DNA from: Myxococcales bacterium
Lineage (GTDB): Bacteria; Myxococcota_A; Polyangia; Polyangiales; Polyangiaceae
NCBI GenBank assembly: GCA_043747615.1
Contig: JAYTOU010000093.1
Coordinates: forward strand, 32,001 to 96,000
Direction: 5' to 3'
Length of the DNA stretch: 64,000 bases
A program made the position numbers and the translations under genes. Under the pieces are notes generated by a model. The model was not told where the DNA came from and did not search any database. It saw only the letters and a list, made by a program, of their open reading frames with translations. Of this stretch, positions 18,967 through 29,775 are shown piece by piece (positions within the stretch are counted from its first letter, which is position 1; each line of letters opens with the position of its first letter).

Positions 18967-19407
18967 ATGACCGATCTCAAACGGGTGGGCCCCGCGGACG
19001 CGCACACGCTCGTCACGGGAGAGGGTTACGTTTATGTCGACGTCCGAAGCGAAGTTGAGTTTGCAGGCGGGCATCCTGCGGATGCGCTCAACGTTCCCTT
19101 CTTGCTGATGGGTGACAGCGGCCTCGTTCCGAACGCCGACTTTCTCGAGGTGATGGACGGCGCGTTTGCGAAGGACGCAAAGCTCATCCTCGGATGCAAG
19201 GGGGGCAATCGCTCTCTCCGCGCCGCGAAAGCCCTGAGCGCCGCAGGCTTCACGGACATCGTCGATCAGCTCGCCGGGTGGGACGGCGCGCGCGACGAGT
19301 TCGGGCAAATGAGCGACCCTGGTTGGTCGAGGCTCGCGCTTCCGACCGAGCACGGCGAACCCGCCGATCGCTCGTACGCCGCGCTGAGAAAAAAAACGAA
19401 AACCTGA
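18967..19407 (+). CDS. Single-domain rhodanese-like sulfurtransferase
   Basis: YVDVRS..EF..GHP, active-site loop CKGGNRS, LAGW. Confidence 0.9.
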   Translation: MTDLKRVGPADAHTLVTGEGYVYVDVRSEVEFAGGHPADALNVPFLLMGDSGLVPNADFLEVMDGAFAKDAKLILGCKGGNRSLRAAKALSAAGFTDIVDQLAGWDGARDEFGQMSDPGWSRLALPTEHGEPADRSYAALRKKTKT

Positions 19408-19447
19408 GCCGCGTGTGTCCGCGACGGCACGCCCTTCGTATGGGCGT

Positions 19448-20029
19448 TCAGGGAGCCTTTGCGGCGCGGTCGTAGTCGTCGGCCGCGGCATTGACCACCG
19501 CGAGATCGCGCGACGCTCGTTCGCTTTCGGCGATCAGCGCGGCGGTGAAGATCGTGAGGCCCCAGATCTGGTTGTCGCGTACGTGAAACGGGTAACGCGT
19601 GCCTCGGGCGGTGACGACGGTGGCGCGGTCGCCTGAGATCTCGGTGGCCACAACGCCCGACAGATCTTTTCGTAGGCGCACGACCCAGCCTTTGCGCGTG
19701 GCGAAGAGCGCGAAGACGTCGGGACCATCGGCGGCAGAGGCTTCTTCTGCGTAGGCTGCGAGCAGACGCGATCGCTCGGGCTCCGGGTAGCTCGCCTTGA
19801 TGCGCGTGCAGGCCTTGGCGCGCTCGTCTCGAATGGTGAACGCGGCCCACTGCGCGTCCGTCTCCAAATAGGGGAAAATAGCCTCGATTTTCCCCTCGCT
19901 GATGCTCTTCGCGATGCGCATGTACGCGCCTTCGGGCGTGCGATCCGACGGATACGGACGGTACAGTAGAGCGAAGCCGAGCGCGGCGAGCGCCAGGAAT
20001 GCAACCAGAACGAGCCATCGTTTTCGCAT
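19448..20029 (-). CDS. Hypothetical membrane-anchored protein
   Basis: N-terminal TM; TPEGAY motif; NTF2-like C-terminal strands (inference). Confidence 0.7.
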   Translation of the reverse strand: MRKRWLVLVAFLALAALGFALLYRPYPSDRTPEGAYMRIAKSISEGKIEAIFPYLETDAQWAAFTIRDERAKACTRIKASYPEPERSRLLAAYAEEASAADGPDVFALFATRKGWVVRLRKDLSGVVATEISGDRATVVTARGTRYPFHVRDNQIWGLTIFTAALIAESERASRDLAVVNAAADDYDRAAKAP

Positions 20030-20058
20030 GCTTCGCACGCGTGATACTACACGCCGCC

Positions 20059-20787
20059 ATGCTCGAAGGCGCACGCGTCATCGCCGTCGTCCCCGCGTTC
20101 GAGGAAGCAGAGCGGATTGCCCGAGTGGTCTCGTCCATGCCCGCATGCGTCGATCACATCCTTGTCGTAGACGACGCCAGCCGCGACGAAACTTCCGTGC
20201 GTGCGTGCGCTGTCCGCGACCCCCGTCTCGAAGTCATCGTCCACGAAAAAAACTTGGGTGTCGGTGCGGCCATCGTCACTGGTTACCGCCGAGCCATGCA
20301 GCTCACGCGGCAGCCACGCGACGTGTTCGTGGTCATGGCGGGCGATGGACAAATGGATCCCCACGATCTCCCGCGGGTGGTCTCGCCGGTCGCTTCGGGG
20401 CGAGCGGGTTACGTGAAGGGAAACCGTTTCTCCTCCCCGGGCGCCTGGCGCGTGATGCCGCTCCAGAGGCGTGTCGGGGGTGAGATTTTCTCGCGCCTCA
20501 CCTCGCGCGCCATCGGCGTTCCCATCTCCGACAGCCAGTGCGGCTACACGGCGATCTCCCGCGACGTTTGCGGAGCCCTTGATTTAGATGCGCTGTGGCC
20601 GCGCTACGGGTACCCGAACGATCTGCTCGCCAAGCTCGCGCGCGCAGGTGTGGTGATCGAAGAGGTCACCGTTCGGCCGATCTACGCGGGAGAAAAAAGT
20701 CACCTTCGGGTGTGGCACCTCGCGCGGATAGTGCACCTCGTGGGCCGCGCGTGGATCGAGCGAGCTAGGCGAGAGCGCGATCAATGA
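20059..20787 (+). CDS. Glycosyltransferase family 2 (DPM-synthase-like)
   Basis: [38 protein letters not shown]. Confidence 0.9.
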   Translation: MLEGARVIAVVPAFEEAERIARVVSSMPACVDHILVVDDASRDETSVRACAVRDPRLEVIVHEKNLGVGAAIVTGYRRAMQLTRQPRDVFVVMAGDGQMDPHDLPRVVSPVASGRAGYVKGNRFSSPGAWRVMPLQRRVGGEIFSRLTSRAIGVPISDSQCGYTAISRDVCGALDLDALWPRYGYPNDLLAKLARAGVVIEEVTVRPIYAGEKSHLRVWHLARIVHLVGRAWIERARRERDQ

Positions 20788-22060
20788 TCGAGGGAACATG
20801 AGCAAGGGCGTGGCCGAGGTCGAAGCAAGCGCCCAGCTTTTCTGCGCTGAGCCGCTTGGTGACGTCGCCGTCGTTCGCGAGGTTGTCCCGAAACTTTCCA
20901 TTGCCGCCCCACGCCTTCATCGCGTTGCGCTGGACGAGCACGTACGCCTCCTGGCGGGGCATCCCGGCGTCGACGAGTGCGAGGAGCACGCCCTCCGAGA
21001 AATAAAGCTCTTCGGCGCGATCGATGTTTCGCTTTAGGTGCTCGGGATAAACCACCAACCCTTCCACGAGAGAAGCGGCGCGATCGAGCATCAACGCAAG
21101 GATGCTCGTCGCGTCGGGAGCAATCATCCGCTCGACCGACGAATGCGAGATGTCGCGCTCGTGCCACAAGGAGACGTTCTCGAGGGCCGGCACCACCGCC
21201 GCACGCACCACGCGCGCGAGGCCGCACAGGTTCTCGCTGAGAATGGGATTTCGTTTGTGAGGCATCGCGCTCGAGCCTTTCTGCCCGACCGTGAAGGGCT
21301 CCTCCGCCTCCGCCACCTCGGAGCGCTGCCAATGGCGAACGTTCGTCGCGAAGCGCTCGATACCTGCCGCGAGGAGCGCGAGGGCTGCGAAAAATGCCGC
21401 GTGCCGATCGCGCGCCACGATCTGGGTGGCGACCGTTTCTCGCTCGAGACCGAGCATACCGAGCGCGCGCTGTTCGATCTCCGGAGAAAGGTGCGCGTAG
21501 GTACCGACGGCGCCCGCGATTTTTCCGACCGCGATCTCGCGCTTGGCGGCTTCCAAGCGTGCTTTTCCGCGGGAGATCTCGGCATGGTGCCCGGCGAGCG
21601 CAAGGCCGAAGGTGGTCGGCTCGGCGAAGATTCCGTGGCTCCTTCCGATCATCGGTGTCGTCGCGAACTCGCGCGCGCGCTTCGCGAAGCCGGCGAGGAG
21701 ACGATCGCAGCGCACGAGGAGAAGACTCGCTGCATCGCGCAACAGAATGGCGAGCGCCGAATCGAGCACGTCACTCGAGGTCATGCCCCGATGGAGAAAC
21801 CGCGCGTCGATCCCCGCGAGCTCTTCCACGTGAGTGAGAAACGCTATGACGTCGTGCTTGGTCGTCTTCTCGATCTCGTCGATTCGCGCGGCATCGAGCT
21901 GGAGCTTCTTGTCGCGAATGCGCGCCGCAATCCCGGTGGGCACGAGGCCCGCTTCTTCCATCGCAGCACATGCCGCGAGCTCGACCTCGAGCCAGCACTC
22001 GAAGCGCCGCTCGGGTGACCAAAGAACAGCAAAGTCAGACGGCGTGTAACGAGGAATCAT
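20765..22060 (-). CDS. purB: Adenylosuccinate lyase
   Basis: [27 protein letters not shown] signature, [13 protein letters not shown]. Confidence 0.97.
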   Translation of the reverse strand: MIPRYTPSDFAVLWSPERRFECWLEVELAACAAMEEAGLVPTGIAARIRDKKLQLDAARIDEIEKTTKHDVIAFLTHVEELAGIDARFLHRGMTSSDVLDSALAILLRDAASLLLVRCDRLLAGFAKRAREFATTPMIGRSHGIFAEPTTFGLALAGHHAEISRGKARLEAAKREIAVGKIAGAVGTYAHLSPEIEQRALGMLGLERETVATQIVARDRHAAFFAALALLAAGIERFATNVRHWQRSEVAEAEEPFTVGQKGSSAMPHKRNPILSENLCGLARVVRAAVVPALENVSLWHERDISHSSVERMIAPDATSILALMLDRAASLVEGLVVYPEHLKRNIDRAEELYFSEGVLLALVDAGMPRQEAYVLVQRNAMKAWGGNGKFRDNLANDGDVTKRLSAEKLGACFDLGHALAHVPSIIDRALA

Positions 22061-22207
22061 GGGGTTTTCTACATCTACCCACTCATTGCAAAGTGCAAGA
22101 CTGCTCGTAGTCTTTTATGTGTTTCGCAGGCCGCGCTCCGATTCTCTCGGACGTGCGTCGGCCTTCGGGGCTCCTCAGCCACGGCGGGCGCGGTCGCTAG
22201 GCCAAGG

Positions 22208-24391
22208 CTAATTTTTGTAGAAGCGTTCGTTCTTCTTCGCCATGTCGACGAGCACGGGCGCGGGCGTCCATCTCTTGCCGAAGCGATCGAAGTAACCCTG
22301 GACGCGCCGGAGCACTTCCGACGCGCCGATGGTGTCGACGTACCGGAAGGGCCCTCCGCGGAACGGAGGAAATCCGAGGCCGAAGATCGCGCCGATGTCG
22401 CCGTCGCGTGGGCTGCGCAGAAGCCCTTCGCCGTAGCAAAGGAGCGCTTCGTTCACGAACTGTAGTGAGCAGCGCATCTGAATCTCTTCGACCGGCAGCT
22501 TCGCTTTGGGCTCGATTCCCAGCGTCTTGTAGATGCTGACGTCGACCTCCTTCTTCCCCTTCTTGGCGTTCTGTCCGTAGAGGTAGAAGCCGCGCTCGTT
22601 CTTGCGACCCTTGCGGTTGTCGGCGACGAGCTTGGAAATCGTCGGAGGAGGGGTGAGGCGTTCACCGAACTCGGCGACCATGATCGGGCCGACGTGAGCG
22701 GCGACGTCGATGCCCACTTCGTCGAGGAGGGTGATCGGACCGACCGGCCAGCCCCAGTCGACCAGCGCCTTGTCGATCACCTCGATGGGGGCGCCTTCGG
22801 TGAGGATGTACGAAGCCTCGTTCATGTACGGACCGAGGATGCGGCTGGTGTAGAAGCCGACGCCGTCCTTCACCACGATGACGGTTTTGCCCTGCTTTTT
22901 CCCGAGTGCGACGGCAGCAGCGATGACGTGCGGCGCGGTCTTATCGGTACGAATCACTTCGAGGAGCGGCATCTTGTGAACGGGGCTGAAGTAATGCATT
23001 CCCACGACGTTCTCGGGGCGCTTCGAGGCCTCGGCGATCTTCGTGATCGGGATCGAGGAGGTGTTGGAGGCGAAGATGCAGCTCGGCTTGGAGACCTTCT
23101 CCACGTCCCTCACCACGTTTTGCTTGAGGGTGAGATCTTCGAATACGGCTTCGATGACGATGTCCGCGCTGTGGACCCCCGAGTAGTCGGTGGTGGCCGT
23201 GAGGCGGGCGAACGTCTGGTCGCGCTCTTCTCTGGTGAGCTGCTTTTTCTTCACGCGCTCGTCGAGAATCTCGCGCACGTACTTCAGACCGCGACCGACG
23301 CCGGCGTCGTCCCTGTCCTTCAGGCGCACCGGAATGCCCGCGTTCATCGTGACGTAGGCGATGCCGCCGCCCATGAGGCCGCCGCCGAGCATGACCACGC
23401 GCTCGGGGAGAGCGCCCTTTACGCTGGGATCGTCGGTGCCGTTGTCCTTCTTCAGCGCGGTCGTGGCGAAGAAGATCTCGATGAGACGATTGGAGGTCTC
23501 GCTGACCACGAGCTCACCGAAGAATTTGCCTTCCTGCTCCGCCGCAGCATCAAACCCGCGGTTTCCAAAGGTCTCGAGGACGTCGATGATCCGCTCCGTC
23601 GCCGGATAATGACCCCGCGTCTTTTTGCGTGTGGCCTCGCGCGCCTTCTTAAAGAGGAGCTTGCGTCCGGCAGGATTTTTCTCGAGCGCGAACGTGGTGA
23701 GATTGGCCACGAAGTTTCCCTGCTTCTTCGGGGGGGTCACGCCGTTCGCGATGCGATCCCTAACCATCTTGGTCGCGACCTGGAGGAGCACCGGGGCTGG
23801 GCACACCTCGTCGATCAAGCCGAGCTTCTTCGCTTTGGCGGCGCGGGTATTTTTTCCCGTGAGTCCGAGGTCGAGCGCGGTCTGGAGGCCGGAGCGTTCT
23901 GCTACGCGAAGGAGGCCGTTGGCGCCGGGAATCAGACCGAGCTGCACTTCGGGAAGACCGAGCTGCGTCTTCTTGTCGTCGGTGGCGACGATCGCATGGC
24001 AGGCGAGCGCGAGCTCGAATCCGCCCCCGAGCGCCTGGCCGTTGATCGCCGCGATGATCGGTTTTTTCAGGTGTTTGATGCGGGCAAGTCCCTTCGCGAG
24101 CTCTCGCGACATCCGCTCGGCATCGGCGGCAAGCTTGATGGACGTGAGCATCTCGATGTTGGCGCCGACGACGAAATCTTTTTTTCCGCTGGTGATGATC
24201 GCGCCCTTGATTTCGGGGTCCTTCTCGACGCGATCGAGCGCGGCGGCAAACTCCTCGCCGAAGCCGAGCGTGATGGTGTTCAGTGCCTCGCTCGGATCGT
24301 CGATGGTGACGATCGCGATCCCGTCGCGCACCTCGGTGGAGATGATCTTCTTGCCTATGCTCTTGCCGCTCACTGCCGCTGACGTGCTCAT
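22208..24391 (-). CDS. fadJ: Fatty acid oxidation complex alpha subunit (enoyl-CoA hydratase / 3-hydroxyacyl-CoA dehydrogenase)
   Basis: [53 protein letters not shown] overlap with thiolase. Confidence 0.92.
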   Translation of the reverse strand: MSTSAAVSGKSIGKKIISTEVRDGIAIVTIDDPSEALNTITLGFGEEFAAALDRVEKDPEIKGAIITSGKKDFVVGANIEMLTSIKLAADAERMSRELAKGLARIKHLKKPIIAAINGQALGGGFELALACHAIVATDDKKTQLGLPEVQLGLIPGANGLLRVAERSGLQTALDLGLTGKNTRAAKAKKLGLIDEVCPAPVLLQVATKMVRDRIANGVTPPKKQGNFVANLTTFALEKNPAGRKLLFKKAREATRKKTRGHYPATERIIDVLETFGNRGFDAAAEQEGKFFGELVVSETSNRLIEIFFATTALKKDNGTDDPSVKGALPERVVMLGGGLMGGGIAYVTMNAGIPVRLKDRDDAGVGRGLKYVREILDERVKKKQLTREERDQTFARLTATTDYSGVHSADIVIEAVFEDLTLKQNVVRDVEKVSKPSCIFASNTSSIPITKIAEASKRPENVVGMHYFSPVHKMPLLEVIRTDKTAPHVIAAAVALGKKQGKTVIVVKDGVGFYTSRILGPYMNEASYILTEGAPIEVIDKALVDWGWPVGPITLLDEVGIDVAAHVGPIMVAEFGERLTPPPTISKLVADNRKGRKNERGFYLYGQNAKKGKKEVDVSIYKTLGIEPKAKLPVEEIQMRCSLQFVNEALLCYGEGLLRSPRDGDIGAIFGLGFPPFRGGPFRYVDTIGASEVLRRVQGYFDRFGKRWTPAPVLVDMAKKNERFYKN

Positions 24392-25713
24392 TCGCCCACC
24401 TCCAACACCATTGCTGCGCCCAAACCGCCGGCTGCACACGCCGTAGCGAGGCCAAATTGGCCGCCGCGTCGTTTCAGCTCGTGAAGCACCGTCGTCACCA
24501 TCCGCGCGCCGGTGGCCGCGAAAGGATGACCGATGGAGAGCGAGCCGCCGTGAACGTTGAATTTGCTGTCGTCGATTTCGCCGATGGCCTCGCTCCGCCC
24601 GAGCTTTTCTTCGGCGAACTTCTTGGAGGCGAACGCGTTCGTGTTGCAGAGGACCTGCGCGGCAAAGGCCTCGTGCATGTCGATCAGATCCATGTCTTTG
24701 AGCTTCAACCCAGCGCGATCGAGCGCCATGGGCGTTGCGTAGCTCGGGCCCATGAGCATCCATCCATTCGGATCGAGCGCGGCGTACGCCCAGGAGCGGA
24801 GGTAGCCGAGCGGCTTGTAGCCGAGGGCCTTCGCCTTCGACTCGGTCATCAAGATGAGCGCACTGGCGCCGTCGGTGAGGGGAGACGAGTTGCCGGCGGT
24901 GACCGTGCCGAACCGGCGATCGAAAACCGGCTTCAGCTTGGCGTAGCCCTCGACGGTCGAATCCTTGCGGACGTTGTTGTCTTCGGCGATGGGAGCGTCG
25001 TAGCGCGGTGCGGGGACTACGTGCATCACCTCTTGTTCGAACACGCCGGACTTCCAGGCTTCGGCCGCCTTGGTGTGGCTGCGGTTGGCGAACACGTCTT
25101 GGGCTTCGCGGCTGATGCCCGCTTCTTTCGCCATTTTTTCAGCGCTTTCGCCCATGGTCAGGCCGGTGGTCGGCTCTTTCAAGGCCGGCGGGACGGGGAT
25201 GAAATCACGCGGTGAAAGCTTGCTGAAGATCTTGATCTTGCCGCCGACGGTCTTCGCCTTCGAGACGTCGACGAGTGCATTCGCGAGGCGTTTGGAGACG
25301 GAGATCGGTACGTCGCTCGCGCTGTCTGCGCCGCCGGTGATCGCCACGTCGTGTTGACCGGCGAGCATGGCTTCGGCTGCACTGGTCATGGACTGGAACG
25401 ACGTCGCGCACGCGCGGCTCACGCTGAAGGCTTCGATGGTCTTGGGGATCGCTGTCCCGAGCACGATCTCGCGGGCGATGTTCGGCGCACTCAGGGACGG
25501 CACCACCTGGCCGTACACGCAGAGGCCGATCTCTTTCGGATTGAGCTCACTTCGCGCCAGGATCTCCGAGACCACCGTCCTGCCGAGATCGAGCGCGCTC
25601 ATGTCGCGGTAGGCCGTTCCCGATTTCGCAAACGGGGTGCGGAGCCCCGCGACGATGGCGATCCGCTCGCCCGACTTCTGTTTCCCGTTGCCGTTGCCGT
25701 TGGTCTTGGCCAT
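24388..25713 (-). CDS. fadI: 3-ketoacyl-CoA thiolase
   Basis: [30 protein letters not shown] motifs. Confidence 0.93.
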   Translation of the reverse strand: MAKTNGNGNGKQKSGERIAIVAGLRTPFAKSGTAYRDMSALDLGRTVVSEILARSELNPKEIGLCVYGQVVPSLSAPNIAREIVLGTAIPKTIEAFSVSRACATSFQSMTSAAEAMLAGQHDVAITGGADSASDVPISVSKRLANALVDVSKAKTVGGKIKIFSKLSPRDFIPVPPALKEPTTGLTMGESAEKMAKEAGISREAQDVFANRSHTKAAEAWKSGVFEQEVMHVVPAPRYDAPIAEDNNVRKDSTVEGYAKLKPVFDRRFGTVTAGNSSPLTDGASALILMTESKAKALGYKPLGYLRSWAYAALDPNGWMLMGPSYATPMALDRAGLKLKDMDLIDMHEAFAAQVLCNTNAFASKKFAEEKLGRSEAIGEIDDSKFNVHGGSLSIGHPFAATGARMVTTVLHELKRRGGQFGLATACAAGGLGAAMVLEVGE

Positions 25714-25780
25714 GGAGGTAGCTCCTTCGTAATTCTTGTCAGCCCGTACGTAGTCCATCTCGGAGGATGAGACACGAGGG

Positions 25781-25798
25781 AATGAATGACGGTTCAGT
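25781..25798. promoter_or_regulatory. Imperfect palindrome, candidate TetR-type operator for fadI-fadJ
   Basis: AATGAA-tgacgg-TTCAGT (one mismatch) in the divergent promoter region. Confidence 0.4.
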
Positions 25799-25926
25799 TG
25801 TCACCCTGGATCCCGTGACGCGTTGTGTCAAGCGCTGGATTTCCAGCAGCAGGGAGGGGGGTTTTGGGCGCCGGCGCGAAGCTGTGCTAATCGCTGTCCC
25901 CTCTTTCGGCGAAAGGTGCTGTCCCG

Positions 25927-26364
25927 ATGTCCACGCTTTCCGAAGTTCTCAACGGCGACAAGAAGGCCCTGGTGGTCGAGGATTGCCTCGCGCTCATCGA
26001 TGCGGAGGTCAAGGACAAGTCGGGCATCTCGGGGCTCGCCATCAAAGCCGGCTACGGCGCGGTCAAAGGGGTAAAGCCTGGCTTCATCAAGCAAGCGGTG
26101 ACCGACCTTCTCCCCGAGTTCGCGAAAGCGCTCCAACCGCTCCACGACGAAGCAGTGACCGAGAAGAAGCCGGTAGCGGATTTCTTCGCCTCGAACAGCG
26201 GAAGAGTCGCGGACGCGCTCCTCGCTATCACCGACGCCAAGGCCGCGCGCTCGAAGAGCGGCGTCGTCAAAGGGACGTACGAGAAGCTCCGCGGTACCGC
26301 CAAAAAGAACGTCGAGGCGGCGGTGCCGCGGCTCGGACGGATGATCGAGAAGCACGCCGGCTGA
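25927..26364 (+). CDS. Conserved alpha-helical hypothetical protein (DUF6918-like)
   Basis: LIDAEVKDKSGISGLAIKAGYGAVKGVKPG...ADALLAITD...YEKLR pattern recalled for this family. Confidence 0.75.
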   Translation: MSTLSEVLNGDKKALVVEDCLALIDAEVKDKSGISGLAIKAGYGAVKGVKPGFIKQAVTDLLPEFAKALQPLHDEAVTEKKPVADFFASNSGRVADALLAITDAKAARSKSGVVKGTYEKLRGTAKKNVEAAVPRLGRMIEKHAG

Positions 26365-26396
26365 ACGTCGGACACCCCACGAGGCTCGACGAAACG

Positions 26397-27089
26397 ATGG
26401 CGCGCATCCTCGTCATCGACGACGACGCCTCACTGCTCGACGCGCTTTCGATCGCGTTCGAGAGCGCGGGCCATACCGTTCTCCTGGCGAAGGACGGCGT
26501 CGAGGGTCACGAGGTGATCCGCCGGGAAAGACCGGAGACGGTCGTCTCCGATGTGAACATGCCCGGGCTCGACGGATTCTCGCTGTGTCGCCGTCTCCGC
26601 GAGGAAGGAAATCACGTTCCTTTCATCTTGTTGACCTCACGCGACAACGACATCGACGAGACGCTCGGGCTCGAGCTCGGTGCAGATGACTACATCGCCA
26701 AGCCATTCAGTGTCCGGGTGCTTCTGGCGCGAGTGGTGTCGCTCCTACGACGCGATGCCCTCCGTGCGGGCGCGAAGAGTGAGAGCCCGCTGGTGGTGGA
26801 GGACCTCGAGCTCTTTCGCGATCGGCTGGAGGTGCGCTACCGCTCTCAGCCCATCCGGGTGACGGTGACGGAGTTCCGCCTGGTCGAGGCGCTCATTCGA
26901 AGGCCCGGAACCGTGCACTCGCGCGAGCAGCTTCTCGAAACGGTGCGCGGCGATTCGTTCGTCGTCGATCGCATCATCGATACCTACGTGCGTCGTTTGC
27001 GCCGTAAATTCGAGGCCATCGACGCAACCTTCGACAAGATCGAGACCGTCGTCGGGGCGGGGTATCGCTGGAGAGATCGTGGCAGCTGA
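26397..27089 (+). CDS. OmpR-family response regulator, ChvI/CreB-like
   Basis: Receiver plus VTVTEF..RPG..SR, DRIID.YVRRLRRKF..ID..FD.IET..G.GY, closely ChvI-like. Confidence 0.88.
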   Translation: MARILVIDDDASLLDALSIAFESAGHTVLLAKDGVEGHEVIRRERPETVVSDVNMPGLDGFSLCRRLREEGNHVPFILLTSRDNDIDETLGLELGADDYIAKPFSVRVLLARVVSLLRRDALRAGAKSESPLVVEDLELFRDRLEVRYRSQPIRVTVTEFRLVEALIRRPGTVHSREQLLETVRGDSFVVDRIIDTYVRRLRRKFEAIDATFDKIETVVGAGYRWRDRGS

Positions 27090-28551
27090 GCGAACGCCAA
27101 TCCGTCACTCGCTCCGGGTGAAGGTCTTTGCGGTGACGCTGGCCGTCTCCGTAGCTCCTCAGCTCTTCGTCTTCGCCTGGAGCAAGATGGAGCGAAACAT
27201 CGCCGGGACCATGCAGGCGAACGCGATCCGCGCGGCCGACGAGACGGTCGAGGCCTTGACCCGGCGGCGGGAAGCGGCGGCGAAGGATGCGCCTCCCCTC
27301 GAAGGCGCGCTCGACGACGTCGCCCGGCTGCATGTGGTGCGCGTGAGGCTGATGAGCGACCACGGGCGCATGTACGCCGACGTGGATCGCGACAATGACT
27401 TCGACCTCGTCCACCAGATCGGAACGCTCTTCTTCGGGCCAGACGGAGCGCCGACGCTGCGCGAATTCGATGCGAGCCTCGAGCCCTTGCTCGCTCGCCC
27501 GGAGGTGACGGAAGCGCGCGTGAAGGACATCTCGTCCGGATGCCGGACGTCGGCGGGCGCGAAGCTGCTGGTCTGCCACGCCGCTCGTTTCGTCGAGCAC
27601 GGGGATGGCACCGACGACATCGTCTACGTGCAAGAGAGCTCGCGACGCGCCGTACGTGCGCTCTACGACCTTCGCTACCAGCTCGCTCGCCTCACGGTGA
27701 TCACCGTCCCCGTAGCCCTCTTGCTCGCGTGGTGGATATCGAAACGCATCGTCACTCCGATCGAGAAGCTTCGTCGCGAAGCTCTTAAAAAAGCCTCGTC
27801 CGCCAATCCGGAGGGAGCGCTCGTCCTCGAGGGAAGGGACGAAGTGGCCGACCTCGCGCTCGCGTTCAACCGCCTTCTCGCGCAGCTCGGTGAGCGCGGT
27901 CTCGCCAACGAACGCTTCGTCGCCGACCTCGTGCACGAATTCAAAAATCCGGTCGCGGCGATCCGCGTCTGCGCCGACACCCTCGGCGACGGTCCCATCG
28001 ACGAAGCCAAGGGCGCGCGGATCGCTCGCGTCCTCAAGGACTCGAGCATTCGCCTGGACACGCTCGTCAGCCAATTTCTCGAGCTCGCCCGGGCCGAGGC
28101 CGGAATGCCGAACGAAGCGCGCAGCGAAGTCGATCTCGGCGCGCTCGCCGACGGCATCGTCGAGGCGATGCGGGTGCGTCATCCCGGCGTGCAGATCGAC
28201 GTCGACCGCGACGAACGAGCAAGCGTGCTCGGCGTGTCGCATCGTCTCGACTCCGTGCTCCGGAATCTCGTCGAGAACGCGGTGTCCTTCGCTCCGGTCA
28301 GCGGGAGGGTGCACGTGGTCGTCAAGCGCGCCGCGGACCACGTATTGGTCAGCGTGTCCGACAACGGCCCCGGCATCAGCGAAACGGAACGTCCCAAAGT
28401 CTTCACCCGCTTTTTCACGACCCGAGGACGCGGCAGCGGACTTGGCCTCGCCCTCGTGCGAGCGGTCGTCGAGGCCCACGGCGGAACCGTAAGCGTCCTG
28501 TCCCCGCCCGGAAAAGGCGCGACCTTCGAGCTACGAATTCCCGCCGTGTGA
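27079..28551 (+). CDS. Sensor histidine kinase (HAMP), ChvG/CreC-like
   Basis: Two TMs, HAMP, FVADLVHEFKNP, NLVENAVSF, DNGPGI, GSGLGL. Confidence 0.88.
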   Translation: MAAERTPIRHSLRVKVFAVTLAVSVAPQLFVFAWSKMERNIAGTMQANAIRAADETVEALTRRREAAAKDAPPLEGALDDVARLHVVRVRLMSDHGRMYADVDRDNDFDLVHQIGTLFFGPDGAPTLREFDASLEPLLARPEVTEARVKDISSGCRTSAGAKLLVCHAARFVEHGDGTDDIVYVQESSRRAVRALYDLRYQLARLTVITVPVALLLAWWISKRIVTPIEKLRREALKKASSANPEGALVLEGRDEVADLALAFNRLLAQLGERGLANERFVADLVHEFKNPVAAIRVCADTLGDGPIDEAKGARIARVLKDSSIRLDTLVSQFLELARAEAGMPNEARSEVDLGALADGIVEAMRVRHPGVQIDVDRDERASVLGVSHRLDSVLRNLVENAVSFAPVSGRVHVVVKRAADHVLVSVSDNGPGISETERPKVFTRFFTTRGRGSGLGLALVRAVVEAHGGTVSVLSPPGKGATFELRIPAV

Positions 28552-28556
28552 GGCGC

Positions 28557-29150
28557 TCAGGCGGTGGGCTCGACTACGCCTGACACGAAGCACCTTCGGC
28601 ACCGCGCTTCATAGGCCGCCGCGCCGCCGACGAAGAGTTGGCCTTCGCTCGCTACGAGCCGCTGCGATCGGCAAGCGTACGCCCCGCACGATGCGCAGAC
28701 CGCGTGCAACTTGGTGACGTATTCGGCAATGGCCATCAGAGAGGGGATCGGTCCAAAGGGCTGCCCTCGGTAGTCTTGGTCGAGCCCCGCGACGATCACG
28801 CGGATCCCGCGATCGGCGAGAGTCTCGGACACGGCGATGATGCGCTCGTCGAAGAACTGCACCTCGTCGATCCCCACGACGACGCTCTCGGAGTGCACGC
28901 AATCGAGGAGCTCCTGGGCGCTGCCCACAGGGTGAGCGTCGGCGTTGACCCCTTCGTGGGTGACCACCTTGACCGCGTCGTAGCGGTCGTCCACGCGCGG
29001 CTTGAAGAGCTGTACGCGCTGGCGGGCAAGCTTCGCGCGCTTGATGCGGCGGAGGAGCTCCTCGGTCTTTCCGCTGAACATCGAGCCGCACACGACCTCG
29101 ATGCACCCGGTGCGCGGCCCGAATGCCAGATGCTCGCCACTCAGCTCCAT
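28557..29150 (-). CDS. tdk: Thymidine kinase
   Basis: GSMFSGKTEEL, DEVQF, GLDQDYRGQPF, Zn-binding CxxC pairs. Confidence 0.96.
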   Translation of the reverse strand: MELSGEHLAFGPRTGCIEVVCGSMFSGKTEELLRRIKRAKLARQRVQLFKPRVDDRYDAVKVVTHEGVNADAHPVGSAQELLDCVHSESVVVGIDEVQFFDERIIAVSETLADRGIRVIVAGLDQDYRGQPFGPIPSLMAIAEYVTKLHAVCASCGAYACRSQRLVASEGQLFVGGAAAYEARCRRCFVSGVVEPTA

Positions 29151-29182
29151 GCCCTAGCGAGGCTTAGCCGAGTCGCGCCGGG

Positions 29183-29431
29183 CTAACCAGTGCCTTCCGC
29201 GAGCGCGTCTTCGCGGCCGCGGACTTCGAGACGGTAACGGCTGTTGATCGTCTCGATGTAGAAGACTTCCCGTCCGGCGATGCGCAGTACGCGCTTTACG
29301 GGGGTGGTCACGTACTCGTGCATGCCGTCCGGGAACTCGATCACCACGACCGACCCCTTACGGGGCGCGCGAACCAAGCGGCCTGCGACGGCACGCGAGC
29401 CTTTGCCCAGCTTCCGAAGCACGACGTCCAC
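29183..29431 (-). CDS. Small beta-rich hypothetical protein (82 aa)
   Basis: Coding-like composition; GTG start preceded by TGC-TAGATT-N6. Confidence 0.7.
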   Translation of the reverse strand: MDVVLRKLGKGSRAVAGRLVRAPRKGSVVVIEFPDGMHEYVTTPVKRVLRIAGREVFYIETINSRYRLEVRGREDALAEGTG

Positions 29432-29509
29432 AGAAAGAATCTAGCACCGTGGCCGCGCGCGTCTACTGCCGCAAAATAGGCTCTTTTGACGACATGACCC
29501 TTCACTTCT

Positions 29510-29528
29510 TGCGTCATCCATTGACGCA
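29510..29528. promoter_or_regulatory. Perfect inverted repeat TGCGTCA-N5-TGACGCA
   Basis: Seen directly in the divergent intergenic region. Confidence 0.5.
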
Positions 29529-29613
29529 CGGAGCTAGAAAGCGGCAATGTGCCGAAACCACGGGGGAAACAATCAACTCAGCGCGCCTCGGAAACGGGCC
29601 GCCAAGGGGAAAA

Positions 29614-29769
29614 ATGGGAAAGTTCGACCGCCGCAATTCGCAAAAAATGAAACGACGTAAGGCTCAGACGAAGAAAAAAGAGCGCGTCGCTCGCAAGGCC
29701 GCACCGAAAAAGGCCGCAGCGCCGGCCAAGAAGACCGCCGCGAAGAAGACGGCCGCAAAAGCCACCTAA
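29614..29769 (+). CDS. Small highly basic Lys/Ala-rich protein (51 aa)
   Basis: AAGGGG RBS; MGKFDRRNSQKMKRRKAQ...AAPKKAAAPAKKTAAKK. Confidence 0.75.
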   Translation: MGKFDRRNSQKMKRRKAQTKKKERVARKAAPKKAAAPAKKTAAKKTAAKAT

Positions 29770-29775
29770 GTCTCT

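Noticed and set aside
18874..19491. N-terminal extension of the 446-aa ORF 18151-19491
   Set aside because: Lies antisense to the rhodanese gene; the real start is the GTG at 18873. Similar over-extensions were trimmed for many other genes
20765..20787. Convergent overlap of GT2 and purB
   Set aside because: Short 3' overlaps are common and need no special explanation
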